Below the pieces are notes generated by a model that did no database searches, was not told the DNA's origin, and was given only the letters and a program-made list of their open reading frames with translations. Position numbers and translations under genes: made by a program. A DNA stretch of 64,000 nt from an uncultured Pseudomonadales bacterium (lineage in GTDB: Bacteria > Patescibacteriota > Microgenomatia > UBA1400 > MFAQ01): the NCBI GenBank assembly GCA_964487665.1, contig CAZARR010000001.1, positions 19,982-83,981 on the forward strand. Direction: 5' to 3'. Position 1 is the stretch's first letter; every line of letters begins with the position of its first letter. This document shows positions 10,114-18,942 of this stretch, piece after piece.

Positions 10114-11658
10114 TTACACTAATGTTGTGGCGACAACCTGTATCACCTCACCGTTAAACAAAAGAAGACCGACAGCATTGCCCTTGTTGCTACGTACCTC
10201 CTGCGCCTGTATCTGTAACAAGCCCGGTCCTGCGTTGGCGTTGTTGTTCGTTGCAGCGCCAGTGAAGATAGTAAGGAACGACAGTGAACAGAACTGCTCA
10301 ACGGGAGCCACCGCCGCATCGAAATACAAAGGAGGAACAGTACCACTACTACGGATACGTCCTCCTACATGAACACGGCGTACAGTAGGGTTACCAACAC
10401 CGCCACCATTGCCGCGCAATACACCGAAAGTGTTAGTGCTACCATCAACACTAAGCTCCAATGCTACATTCATGCTGCCACTCATCTGACGTACATCGAC
10501 ATCAGCCATCGGAGCATGGTCTCCTATCTTGCCCTGTAGCCTCACAGTGCCACCACCATCACAACCTACCAAGCTGTTAAACACAGCATAGCTCCATGAT
10601 GAGAACTGTACGTGTATATCCAAGTAGCTCAACAACGTGCAACGACCAAGCTCTAAGATATGACCAGCCTGCGCTCCACCTTGGTCACTCACCCTTACCT
10701 TCATGTTTACAACGGTGCCATCACCAAAGCCTACAAGCAAGAAAGCAGGCGTAATAAGGTCGTCCAATAAGAAAGCACCATCTATCTCGACAACACTATC
10801 GTTCACGTCAACACCAACACCGGCAGCATAACGTATCACATTGTACCCCGCTATACCACCACGTAGCTCACCTACCTTAACTCGACAGAACGTATTGTTG
10901 AGCGTTGTCGTTGGAGCAATAGATAGGAATGACCGGCTATTAAGCTGCACACGACCAACCTCTAACACGAAACGGCGGTAGTCAGTGCATAAGATACGAC
11001 CTCCTTCAAAAGAAGCGAGACGTAACAAGTAGTCACTACCTACATTGCTCGCCGTCTGCATATCAGTAGCACGTGCCCACTCGATACGACCATAACCGTC
11101 AATACCTGCGATAGTAGCTACACCACCATCACTGAAAGGCTGACTAGTACCCGCTCCTTCAAAACGCAACGTGGCACCATTCATCATGAATAGCACCACA
11201 CCATCTTTCACTACCTTCTCGGTACCAGCATCAGCTCCAAGCGTATAGATACCCGGATATACTACAACGGTATCACCAGCAAAAGCAGCAGCAACAGCAG
11301 CCCACGGCGTAGCAAAAGGTCGGTCAAAACGATATGATATACCGTTGACATCACTCCCATTGCCCGTTACAAACACTGTGTTCTTTATCTCTCTCGATAA
11401 TACTACACTATACGGACCACCTACACTGCTCGTAGCCTGCAACGTACTTGTACTCTCCGTCCAACCAAGACCAGTGATGTTGCCATCAACTAAAGAAGCT
11501 AATGGCACAGCGAAAACCGCGCCGTCATTGCGCGTCAATACAAGGTTTGTACCACTAAGCTCCGCTTGTGATAAAAACACATCGTCAGGACAACACTGCT
11601 TGCGCTGCTCCTGTGTAGGCATGAAAGGACTACCACCCTCTTCTATGAAACCGGACAT
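10114..11658 (-). CDS. Tailspike-like protein with probable right-handed beta-helix (candidate depolymerase)
   Basis: 514 aa. GDTVVVYPGIYT-type motif and repetitive G/V/N-rich beta strands. Confidence 0.45.
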   Translation of the reverse strand: MSGFIEEGGSPFMPTQEQRKQCCPDDVFLSQAELSGTNLVLTRNDGAVFAVPLASLVDGNITGLGWTESTSTLQATSSVGGPYSVVLSREIKNTVFVTGNGSDVNGISYRFDRPFATPWAAVAAAFAGDTVVVYPGIYTLGADAGTEKVVKDGVVLFMMNGATLRFEGAGTSQPFSDGGVATIAGIDGYGRIEWARATDMQTASNVGSDYLLRLASFEGGRILCTDYRRFVLEVGRVQLNSRSFLSIAPTTTLNNTFCRVKVGELRGGIAGYNVIRYAAGVGVDVNDSVVEIDGAFLLDDLITPAFLLVGFGDGTVVNMKVRVSDQGGAQAGHILELGRCTLLSYLDIHVQFSSWSYAVFNSLVGCDGGGTVRLQGKIGDHAPMADVDVRQMSGSMNVALELSVDGSTNTFGVLRGNGGGVGNPTVRRVHVGGRIRSSGTVPPLYFDAAVAPVEQFCSLSFLTIFTGAATNNNANAGPGLLQIQAQEVRSNKGNAVGLLLFNGEVIQVVATTLV

Positions 11659-11661
11659 ATA

Positions 11662-12219
11662 CTATAGCTTTAAATGATATGGCATTATGTTGTCAGGCAA
11701 CTCGAACAGATACTCAATAGCAACGTTGTCGTCCTCACTCGCCATCTCACTCGCTATCTTAGCACGCATCGTCTGTATCTGTAATAAGCTACGGTACTTC
11801 TCATTCATCTGCTTGTCATCGGTGCAGTTGATGTACTCCTCGCGCATCTTCTCCTCCTTCATACGCAACTGCTCATCGAACCGCTGCTTGTCTGTAAGGA
11901 ACAGCTTATCGCAAAAGGCAAGCAAAGCAGCAAAGACAGACTCACGGCATACGTTGTCTATCACCTTGTCTAACTCCGACATCTTTATCTTCTTATCAAC
12001 GCCGAATAGACCCATCGACTGCACTACGGTACGCTTGCGCTCGACAGGCGGCAGACCATAGTAGTCATTGTTCTTCGGTATGATTACATAGCGTATGTAG
12101 TAACCCATGTCCTTACGCATAGCTGGCTTACCGACATACTTCTCCTCCCACGCCCGCACCTCCGGTATCAGACGGGCAGCATCAGTAAGGTATAAGTCGC
12201 CACCTGCAATATAGAACAT
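11662..12219 (-). CDS. Hypothetical protein
   Basis: First ATG at 12219 has GGAGG 8 nt upstream. The track's TTG at 12234 lacks an SD. Confidence 0.45.
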   Translation of the reverse strand: MFYIAGGDLYLTDAARLIPEVRAWEEKYVGKPAMRKDMGYYIRYVIIPKNNDYYGLPPVERKRTVVQSMGLFGVDKKIKMSELDKVIDNVCRESVFAALLAFCDKLFLTDKQRFDEQLRMKEEKMREEYINCTDDKQMNEKYRSLLQIQTMRAKIASEMASEDDNVAIEYLFELPDNIMPYHLKL

Positions 12220-12366
12220 AGTAAGTACCTCCAAACAATCTTATACTACAAAACTACACCCTTTGTTTCACATATACAATACCATACATAATAAAAAAGC
12301 GATAAGCCAATAATGACCTACCGCTCTCCTTGTTTAACCCTTAAAACCATGTACTAAGACAACGTA

Positions 12367-12684
12367 TCAACGCCGGCTTTTGTTGCGTTGCTTCAATAGC
12401 TTTTCGTTGAACTCGTTGAAGCTATCCATAGTAGTGTCATACATCTCGTCATAGTCCTTACACCACCCACCACTGCATACTATCACGTCGCCATCACACT
12501 GGTAGCAGTAGCACCAACGACCCGGCTCTTCCGCTTTCTCACTACCGTCCTTGTCCCATACATCCAACATGTACTGTATAGCATACTCCCTACTGTCAGA
12601 CAAACGGGTATATACACTATTCCCGTGAACAATGCTATCGGGCACGCCCTTTAAGCTCTTAGTCATCTTCTTTTGCTTCGCCAT
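12367..12684 (-). CDS. Small Cys-rich protein (CYCYQCDGDVIVCSGGWC)
   Basis: 105 aa. GGAGG before the ATG. Its start overlaps the RusA-like gene stop. Confidence 0.5.
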   Translation of the reverse strand: MAKQKKMTKSLKGVPDSIVHGNSVYTRLSDSREYAIQYMLDVWDKDGSEKAEEPGRWCYCYQCDGDVIVCSGGWCKDYDEMYDTTMDSFNEFNEKLLKQRNKSRR

Positions 12685-13265
12685 TATTTATACCTCCATC
12701 TTATCCATAGTACGTCCATGTCACTCCACCACTTCACACCAAAAGTAAGACTCACCATCTCGTCCTTCACCATGCAGGCATCCATCACGCCCTTGATGAT
12801 GTTATCCGTATCCGGCTTCTGCTCCATGCGCGTCCACACCTTAGCAGCCTTCTCTTTCTTGCTCCAGCTCTCCGTCACCTTGAACCATGCCACCACATCG
12901 ACACCACTGACCACACTCGCCGGCTTTGCATACCGCCGTACCTCGTCCTTATACTCGCAGTACTCCATCCACCGCAGCTTGGCATTCCTGTTCTTACCAC
13001 TAAGCCTCTCCAACGGCATGACACTGATGTATTTCGTCGTCCGTACAGCACCCATAGCACGTAGAGGCAACGGCACAAAGCCCATCTCCTTTAACTGCTC
13101 ACCCGATAACCACTTGCCAGCGAACAGGTCTTGCTCCATAGTGAAGTCGTATGTAGGGTTAACCACTATCTTGCTACACTTCACATCTTGTATCACAATG
13201 TTGCCATTACCCGCTATCCGCTCCTCCGCTCTATGTAGGTCTTTCTCCGTCCATCGCTTTGCCAT
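12684..13265 (-). CDS. rusA: RusA-family Holliday-junction resolvase-like protein
   Basis: Signature KPDTDNIIKGVMDACMVKD matches RusA D-x-D-N-x-x-K-x-x-x-D-A. AAAGGAGG upstream of the ATG. Confidence 0.5.
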   Translation of the reverse strand: MAKRWTEKDLHRAEERIAGNGNIVIQDVKCSKIVVNPTYDFTMEQDLFAGKWLSGEQLKEMGFVPLPLRAMGAVRTTKYISVMPLERLSGKNRNAKLRWMEYCEYKDEVRRYAKPASVVSGVDVVAWFKVTESWSKKEKAAKVWTRMEQKPDTDNIIKGVMDACMVKDEMVSLTFGVKWWSDMDVLWIRWRYK

Positions 13266-13266
13266 G

Positions 13267-13464
13267 TCATGCCTCCTTTAGCAACATACTCATCTGTGTC
13301 GCCTTTATCACACTCAACTCCCTTGTCATCATAACCCACACCTGTGTCCGTAGCCCATGCTTGCCTCTGTGTATATCACTGCACAACCCGTCTATCACAC
13401 GCTCACACCGCACCAGTCGTCTCTTGCCACGTGTACTCTCAACCTCGAACAATAGCGCACTCAT
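13267..13464 (-). CDS. Small hypothetical protein (65 aa)
   Basis: ATGA start/stop overlap with the neighbouring gene supports translational coupling. Confidence 0.4.
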   Translation of the reverse strand: MSALLFEVESTRGKRRLVRCERVIDGLCSDIHRGKHGLRTQVWVMMTRELSVIKATQMSMLLKEA

Positions 13465-13673
13465 ATGATACCATGCTTTATCAAGACACGCTCAAAGATA
13501 CCAGCCATATACTCCACATCGACAGCACGCTTCTCCTCATCCATACGCTTTAGGTTAGCCTCCAACTCACGCCCCCATGCCACCTTCTTGCCGTAACTAA
13601 GCTTTTCGTACTCCTCACCTATATCACTACGCAGCAAAGCTTTTGCTTGTTCGTCTTCTTCTTTAGTTGTCAT
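13461..13673 (-). CDS. Small hypothetical protein (70 aa, acidic)
   Basis: ATG at 13673 has GAGGAGGGG upstream. The track's longer ORF begins at a site without an RBS. Confidence 0.45.
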   Translation of the reverse strand: MTTKEEDEQAKALLRSDIGEEYEKLSYGKKVAWGRELEANLKRMDEEKRAVDVEYMAGIFERVLIKHGII

Positions 13674-14016
13674 CGTAACAGTCCCCTCCTCGGACAACAC
13701 CTTGTACATCGCTATCATCCATATCGCTAACGCCACTCTCATTCACAGGTAGCTTCTTACGCCACTGGTACCACGCCCACCACCGCTCACCAACAGACAC
13801 CCACTCACTCACTAACCCACTACTACCCTTGCCGTTGACAGTACTCCATACAGCATCCATATCCTTATCATCTCCCAACCATAACCCTATATCGCGCAAC
13901 ACACCTAACCACCCGAACAGGTTGTACCCAGCACGCCCCCATATCTCACGCCACCGCGTAAGCATCAACTCACTCATCTGACCACTATCTATCGTCTTTA
14001 ACCATTGTATATCCAT
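13663..14016 (-). CDS. Trp-rich hypothetical protein
   Basis: 117 aa. AGGAGG 7 nt before the ATG. Confidence 0.5.
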   Translation of the reverse strand: MDIQWLKTIDSGQMSELMLTRWREIWGRAGYNLFGWLGVLRDIGLWLGDDKDMDAVWSTVNGKGSSGLVSEWVSVGERWWAWYQWRKKLPVNESGVSDMDDSDVQGVVRGGDCYDDN

Positions 14017-14025
14017 AATAACCTC

Positions 14026-14466
14026 CTACTTTATTACCACAGCCCCAATAACGAAGCCAGCTACTGCACCTATCGCACCTCCCCACATACCCCACTTAAC
14101 ACCCATCCTCTTACTCGCCCGCATCTCCTCCTTCATGCGCTCCATGTACCAGTCACCCCTGCCACTGTACATCTCTACCTCTCGCTTCCATATATCACGC
14201 TCTCTGTTCATGATGCTCTCGCCAGCACGCAATAAGCTATCACAGTCCACTACCTTATCAGCCACTCCACCGCACGCATCAGCCTCCGCCTTTAAGCTAC
14301 GCAGCAAGCCTATCATCTGTACCATGTCGGCGCTGTCAACCACATACACACCATCACCCTTGCCGACACGCAACGTAAGGTCGTCGTACAACGCCATATC
14401 AACCATCTGCTGCCCATGACACAACACCACACCTACCATTAACCATAGAACATATAACCATCTCAT
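14026..14466 (-). CDS. Exported protein with an N-terminal signal-like segment ending in Cys and a C-terminal TM helix (u-spanin-like topology)
   Basis: N-terminus MRWLYVLWLMVGVVLC and C-terminal WGGAIGAVAGFVIGAVVIK. AAAGGAGG upstream of the ATG, which overlaps the upstream stop (ATGA). Confidence 0.45.
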   Translation of the reverse strand: MRWLYVLWLMVGVVLCHGQQMVDMALYDDLTLRVGKGDGVYVVDSADMVQMIGLLRSLKAEADACGGVADKVVDCDSLLRAGESIMNRERDIWKREVEMYSGRGDWYMERMKEEMRASKRMGVKWGMWGGAIGAVAGFVIGAVVIK

Positions 14467-14771
14467 CACTTACCTCCTTTGTTTTTACGAAACCACTCCT
14501 CTATCTTCTTCCTCCCTCCCATCGCCTCCTTCCATACCACCATGCTGCTATCAACACTGCCCCTCCACGCCTCAACCCCCTTACCCCACTCTACCCACTC
14601 CCCTCGCACCACATCATGCTCCATCCGTAACTGTCGTATGCTGTCTTGCAACTCACGCTCCATGCGACGCAACTCGTCCTTACTCACACCTCCAACTCGT
14701 AACCAGCTAAGAACGTTACTCACCAACACGCCCGCAAACAAGACTATCAACACTATGTTCATCTTACTCAT
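14466..14771 (-). CDS. Type II membrane protein with a coiled coil (i-spanin-like topology)
   Basis: N-terminal TM IVLIVLFAGVLVSNVL, then a helical R/E-rich region. AAGGAGG before the ATG. Confidence 0.45.
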   Translation of the reverse strand: MSKMNIVLIVLFAGVLVSNVLSWLRVGGVSKDELRRMERELQDSIRQLRMEHDVVRGEWVEWGKGVEAWRGSVDSSMVVWKEAMGGRKKIEEWFRKNKGGK

Positions 14772-15076
14772 ACATCACCCTCCTTTATCATATCCTCAAC
14801 ATAAGTATACCCACTCAACGCACTACGCATCTTATCGCTAAAGAATATCTCACGACTGCCACGATGACGAGACAAGGCAGCACACGCATCTTGAACCTTA
14901 CTCCATAACTCCTCTTTGCTTTTAGAACTAATATCATGTAGTACATACTTCTTGTCGTACTCTTCTGACAAGTAGTTGTACACAAAGCTCAATATCTCCT
15001 CCTTACACATCCACTCTAACAACTCGTTCTTCTCTCTGTCTGTAAGCTCACTTACATTGTCAACTATCTTACTCAT
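14768..15076 (-). CDS. Hypothetical protein
   Basis: 102 aa. ATGA coupling to the downstream gene. Confidence 0.45.
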   Translation of the reverse strand: MSKIVDNVSELTDREKNELLEWMCKEEILSFVYNYLSEEYDKKYVLHDISSKSKEELWSKVQDACAALSRHRGSREIFFSDKMRSALSGYTYVEDMIKEGDV

Positions 15077-15428
15077 GGTTTAATCCTTCTTTTTTATCGT
15101 TATCATCACCAACCCGAACATCACCCCACCACCGCATCACCGGATGTACCCACACCCTGCTGTTCTTCACGTGCCGCTTCAACCACCCAGCACGCACCAA
15201 GTCTAACCGCCACCGGTCAACCTGCTTCATCACCACACCACTCATCTCACTCACCCGCTCCCGAACCATCATAACACTACCATCCTCCATCACATCGCCA
15301 AACATCATCAGCCAACTCCATAACCGCATCATGCCACCACCACCACTGCCCTTATGTAACGCCCGATACGCCCCGTCCCTATCCAGCTTGCGCCAGTCCA
15401 CAGGCTTGTTCGTGTATCTACTACTCAT
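15069..15428 (-). CDS. Trp/Met-rich hypothetical protein; first gene of minus block A
   Basis: ATG at 15428 has AAAGGAGG upstream. The track start at 15431 is a GTG. Confidence 0.5.
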   Translation of the reverse strand: MSSRYTNKPVDWRKLDRDGAYRALHKGSGGGGMMRLWSWLMMFGDVMEDGSVMMVRERVSEMSGVVMKQVDRWRLDLVRAGWLKRHVKNSRVWVHPVMRWWGDVRVGDDNDKKEGLNHE

Positions 15429-15431
15429 CAC

Positions 15432-15762
15432 GTACCTCCTTTTCTACAAAGATACAACATTCTATCCACAAAAGCAACCACTATATACCCTTTTTTACGC
15501 CCTTTTTACACGCACGCAAACCCCTACTACCCCCACCTCCTCATAACACCCCCCCGCCTCGTCAACACAAAGGCATATCGTAAACAAAGACACACACACG
15601 TACCAATAGGCACAAAGGGACACACACGTAGAAACGTAGAGGGCTTGCAACCATAGGCACAAGGGGACACCCACTACCCCTACCTCCCCCCTGACTGAAA
15701 CCATTTAAAACCGCATCCACACCCCACACGGGGGCGGAATATAAGTGTGGAGAGTATATATC
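15432..15762. promoter_or_regulatory. Divergent intergenic control region between the minus and plus transcription blocks
   Basis: 330 bp with no ORF. The plus strand is C/A-rich. It holds two ~20-bp direct repeats (ATAGGCACAAAGGGACACAC at 15606-15625 and ATAGGCACAAGGGGACACCC at 15653-15672) and C tracts that are G tracts on the minus strand (15663-15692). Confidence 0.5.
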
Positions 15763-16125
15763 ATGAATAATATGTTAACAGAGGTGGCTGCGGCTGACTT
15801 CAAAGCAAAGATGACTGTAATGACTGGTCAAGCCTACATCGGGGTAATACCTCAAGGCGAATACAAAGCTATCGGAATCAAGCCATCGAAAAACAAAGAC
15901 CAAAGCGTAAAGTGCTATTGGGTAATCATTCGCAGCACAACGAACAGCAAGACTGAGTTTGCTATCACCGGACAGCAGGCGCTAGAAAACAATCTCGTCA
16001 AAGAACAGGATGGGAAGGTTGTACTAACGACTGCAAAACGCATCATTAGCCGCGAAGAGAATCAACAACCAGTAATAGTAAAAGCAGAAACAGTGGTCGT
16101 TGTACCACAAAACACAGAAGAATAA
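15763..16125 (+). CDS. Hypothetical protein (121 aa)
   Basis: First ATG of the plus block. A weak hairpin followed by CTCTTTTTT lies just downstream (16128-16165). Confidence 0.45.
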   Translation: MNNMLTEVAAADFKAKMTVMTGQAYIGVIPQGEYKAIGIKPSKNKDQSVKCYWVIIRSTTNSKTEFAITGQQALENNLVKEQDGKVVLTTAKRIISREENQQPVIVKAETVVVVPQNTEE

Positions 16126-16330
16126 AGAATGAGGCAGCAGCAATGCGTAAGTCCTCACTCTTTTTTAAAATGCGTGTCTATACCGATGCGCTGTCGCCCG
16201 CAGAGATGCGAGTGGCTAAGGTATGCACATGACCGATGGCGATGAGAGTCGTTAGATGGTGTGTGTATCATGGTATATAAAGCGTGTGGATATACGGTAG
16301 TCCACATTGCGTATTCATGATACCGTGCGT

Positions 16331-16372
16331 GCCTGCGTTGGACGTAATAGGGTTCGATTCCCTATGCAGGCT
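16331..16372 (+). ncRNA. tRNA-like minihelix: a 7-bp acceptor-like stem plus a canonical T-arm, with no D or anticodon arms
   Basis: GCCTGCG pairs with TGCAGGC (16365-16371). It flanks TAGGG-TTCGATT-CCCTA (16348-16364). Only 10 nt separate the 5' stem from the T-arm, so it is not a full tRNA. Confidence 0.3.
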
Positions 16373-16750
16373 CTATGGTGGGTAGAGAAAAGGGGGGGCG
16401 TGATGTTCCCTTAGCACATCTATCTGCTTGGCTACTGTTGGACGGCGAGTGCTATCGTCCTGATGCGTTGGTGTACGCAGAGAAGACACGATGTATGCGT
16501 GTGAACACTGACAACCGCTATGATGGAGTACGTCATAGTGTTGATACTCGGGCAAGGGAGTATCACGGCAACGGTGCGAAGAAGCAGGCTTATGGTCTGT
16601 GAGTAGTCTTGTATCACACCTACGTGTCATGCGTAGAACAGCCAGTGTGAGCGTGCTATGAGAGACAGACGTGTCCTCATGGTGCTGTGCGTAAAGGCAG
16701 ACGTGCTGCAACCGTCCTATCATACAGGGGCGTCTCCCTTAGTGGAGTAT

Positions 16751-16780
16751 CCTTAACCCTTATGCAATAGAATACGCATT
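16751..16780 (+). promoter_or_regulatory. Copy A of the conserved 30-nt motif CTTAACCC-N3-TGCA-N-T-N-G-N-A-N3-CGCAT-N-G
   Basis: CTTAACCCTTATGCAATAGAATACGCATTG. 24/30 identity to copy B. Intergenic. Confidence 0.4.
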
Positions 16781-17606
16781 GTATGTGGCATGAAACGGCG
16801 TGTGTATGCACGTTACCGCAATGCCACGTGAGGAGACAGACCATGCGAGCGGTACATGGTCTACGTCGGGGCACCGATGAGCGGGCGATAGAGCAGCCAA
16901 ACAGCAAGGTAAGAGGCGGTGAGTATAGCACTGTCCACGCGATGCGTTACTATATGTCGTGGTAGTACACGGCGGAGGACTATACAAAGAGAGGCATACG
17001 AGAACGGTGTGTCGCATATACTATCAGTGATGGTATGTGCTTTCGGGTCTATCTCTCCCTGACGGCAACGTGTAGTCCAACGTTGTCATGATGTGCGTGT
17101 CGGTGGTCTGTCGTGTGTAGGACAAGCAGACAGACCACCTGCGGGCAGTGTGAGTATGCGTAGGCTCTTACGTGTACTCATGCGAAGCCGCTTTTTCTCC
17201 CTTCTACACGAGGGGACACCGTGCCGTACACTCCGGCAACTGTTGATGCACATATTAGTCCCAACTATATATGTGCACGTTACACTACGCATAGTGTTAT
17301 GTATAATATGGGCGTGTTTAAGGGTCTCATCGCGGGGATTCTTCACACTTATTGCTCATATTACACATATCTATATGCGTAAACCGTTGGGAAGAGAGGG
17401 ACGAGAGGGCTTAGTACGACCCTTTTGTGCCCTTTTTTATCGAACTATTGCACCCTTTTTAGTTCGATTCTTAGCGAGGGGTGCGTTACGTGGCGTGTCG
17501 TCGTTGTTGTGTGCTATAGGTTTTATCTATGGGATATGACGATGTGATAGATACGCTCTATGGAAACACATATACGTTTGTGATATACGTATAGTGTTGA
17601 ATGATA

Positions 17607-17636
17607 CTTAACCCTTGTGCATTGGGAAGCGCATTG
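17607..17636 (+). promoter_or_regulatory. Copy B of the conserved 30-nt motif, about 100 nt upstream of the gene at 17734
   Basis: CTTAACCCTTGTGCATTGGGAAGCGCATTG. Confidence 0.4.
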
Positions 17637-17733
17637 AAGACCCACGATATTGTGGGCAGACCATATACGTGAAAGTGATAGCGTATATGGTGTAGACCGT
17701 TGGGATAACGGGCGAATATCACAGGAGGTATGA

Positions 17734-18399
17734 ATGAAAGGATTCATACTTCCGCCCACTCTTGTAAGCGTTAGCTATGGCAGTATCAGTTTACTGAATA
17801 CTCATATTGCTTTACGCAAAGAGTGGGCGGAGTTAAAAGAAGCCCTTTCGTATATCATACATCGCTCTAGTGATAAGGTACGCTATGAGTATCTTGTTAC
17901 CGGCTATGAAGTGATTGATAAGCGCACTGTATTAGGTGTTCTTTATCATGAGCTATCATATCATGTAGAGGGCATGGTGGTATCGAAGGGGCTTAATGAA
18001 GACGATTACGCTCTTCTTCTTGAGTGCTATGGCATGAGAGAGGAGGAGCGTGATGGGTACTTCTATTCTCAGGCTGCTATCTTAGATGATAGTGGCTTTG
18101 ATATAGGTACCTGTATGGGTGAGGTTCCGCGTGAGTGGGACTATATTGCTCGTCTTATACGTTCCGGCATGTCTGGTACTGTATGGATAGGTATTACTCA
18201 TACAGGCAATGTACATCTTCATGTAACCGATAATGGTTATGTGCAAGATGTACGACCTATAGTTGAGAATAGGAGATATCCTTTGACTAAACATTGGCTT
18301 CCGTATCGGGAGTTATGGGTAGTCAATGGTAGTCACTTCTTCAAGCACATGTATAGTGTGTTAGAAGAGGTGCTGCCTAATGGGTATCGTCTTCCTTAG
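17734..18399 (+). CDS. Hypothetical protein (221 aa, AT-richer codon usage)
   Basis: ACAGGAGGT SD before the ATG. Flanked on both sides by ORF-poor structured regions. Confidence 0.5.
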   Translation: MKGFILPPTLVSVSYGSISLLNTHIALRKEWAELKEALSYIIHRSSDKVRYEYLVTGYEVIDKRTVLGVLYHELSYHVEGMVVSKGLNEDDYALLLECYGMREEERDGYFYSQAAILDDSGFDIGTCMGEVPREWDYIARLIRSGMSGTVWIGITHTGNVHLHVTDNGYVQDVRPIVENRRYPLTKHWLPYRELWVVNGSHFFKHMYSVLEEVLPNGYRLP

Positions 18400-18515
18400 C
18401 GAGTGGCATCTGTGGGACGGGTGCTGTCTCATGCTTAGTGTTCGCGGTGCAGCGAGGCATGGGAGCGAGTGTATATGATACGCATACACTTGTTGGGAAC
18501 AGACGTATCGTTGAT

Positions 18516-18591
18516 GCGCCATGGTCGGTTGGTCGAGCTATACGGTGATGATACTGTATAGTGTGATAGGGTTCGAGTCCCTGTTGGTGCG
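18516..18591 (+). ncRNA. tRNA-like element of about 76 nt with a non-canonical anticodon region
   Basis: Acceptor-like GCGCCAT pairs with TTGGTGC (6/7). T-arm TAGGG-TTCGAGT-CCCTG at 18567-18583. The internal hairpin is 8 bp (CTATACGG/CTGTATAG) with an 8-nt loop where the anticodon arm would be. Needs tRNAscan-SE or ARAGORN. Confidence 0.3.
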
Positions 18592-18942
18592 CTATGTAGT
18601 CATGACAGACCTGCTTGGTTATGACGTAGGATATAAGGAGCGGGACGATGTGTACTATACGCTTGGTGGTTCTTGCGTATGGGAAGGGTGTGTCCGCCAC
18701 GTGGAGTGGTACATCATGGAGGTTGCTGTGCCGGCAACTGATGGAGAGTTGGTACAACGATGCTAAGTAGTGTTGTTGTACAGGCAGTGTTAACCGTGCT
18801 GACGGTTCGTTCGTGTGATACGATACACACAGGCGTAGAGGCGAGACGGCTATAACGGTCTTGCAGGCGGTGCGATGATGTGCTGCTACGACATATCCGA
18901 GAGGCGTGTAGGATATGTAGGAGATGAACCCGCTTGTGCGTC

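Noticed and set aside
17456-17482. Third TTCGATT T-loop-like sequence as a tRNA
   Set aside because: The flanking stem is weak, with a T-T mismatch, and no complementary acceptor strand exists upstream. The alternative hairpin or pseudoknot reading is better.
16373-17539. Short ORFs in the 16.1-17.7 kb region (116 aa minus, 148 aa plus, and others) as protein genes
   Set aside because: They overlap one another on opposite strands, lack SD sequences in an otherwise SD-rich genome, and have Arg/Cys/His-rich junk-like composition. The region is better explained as non-coding or structured RNA.
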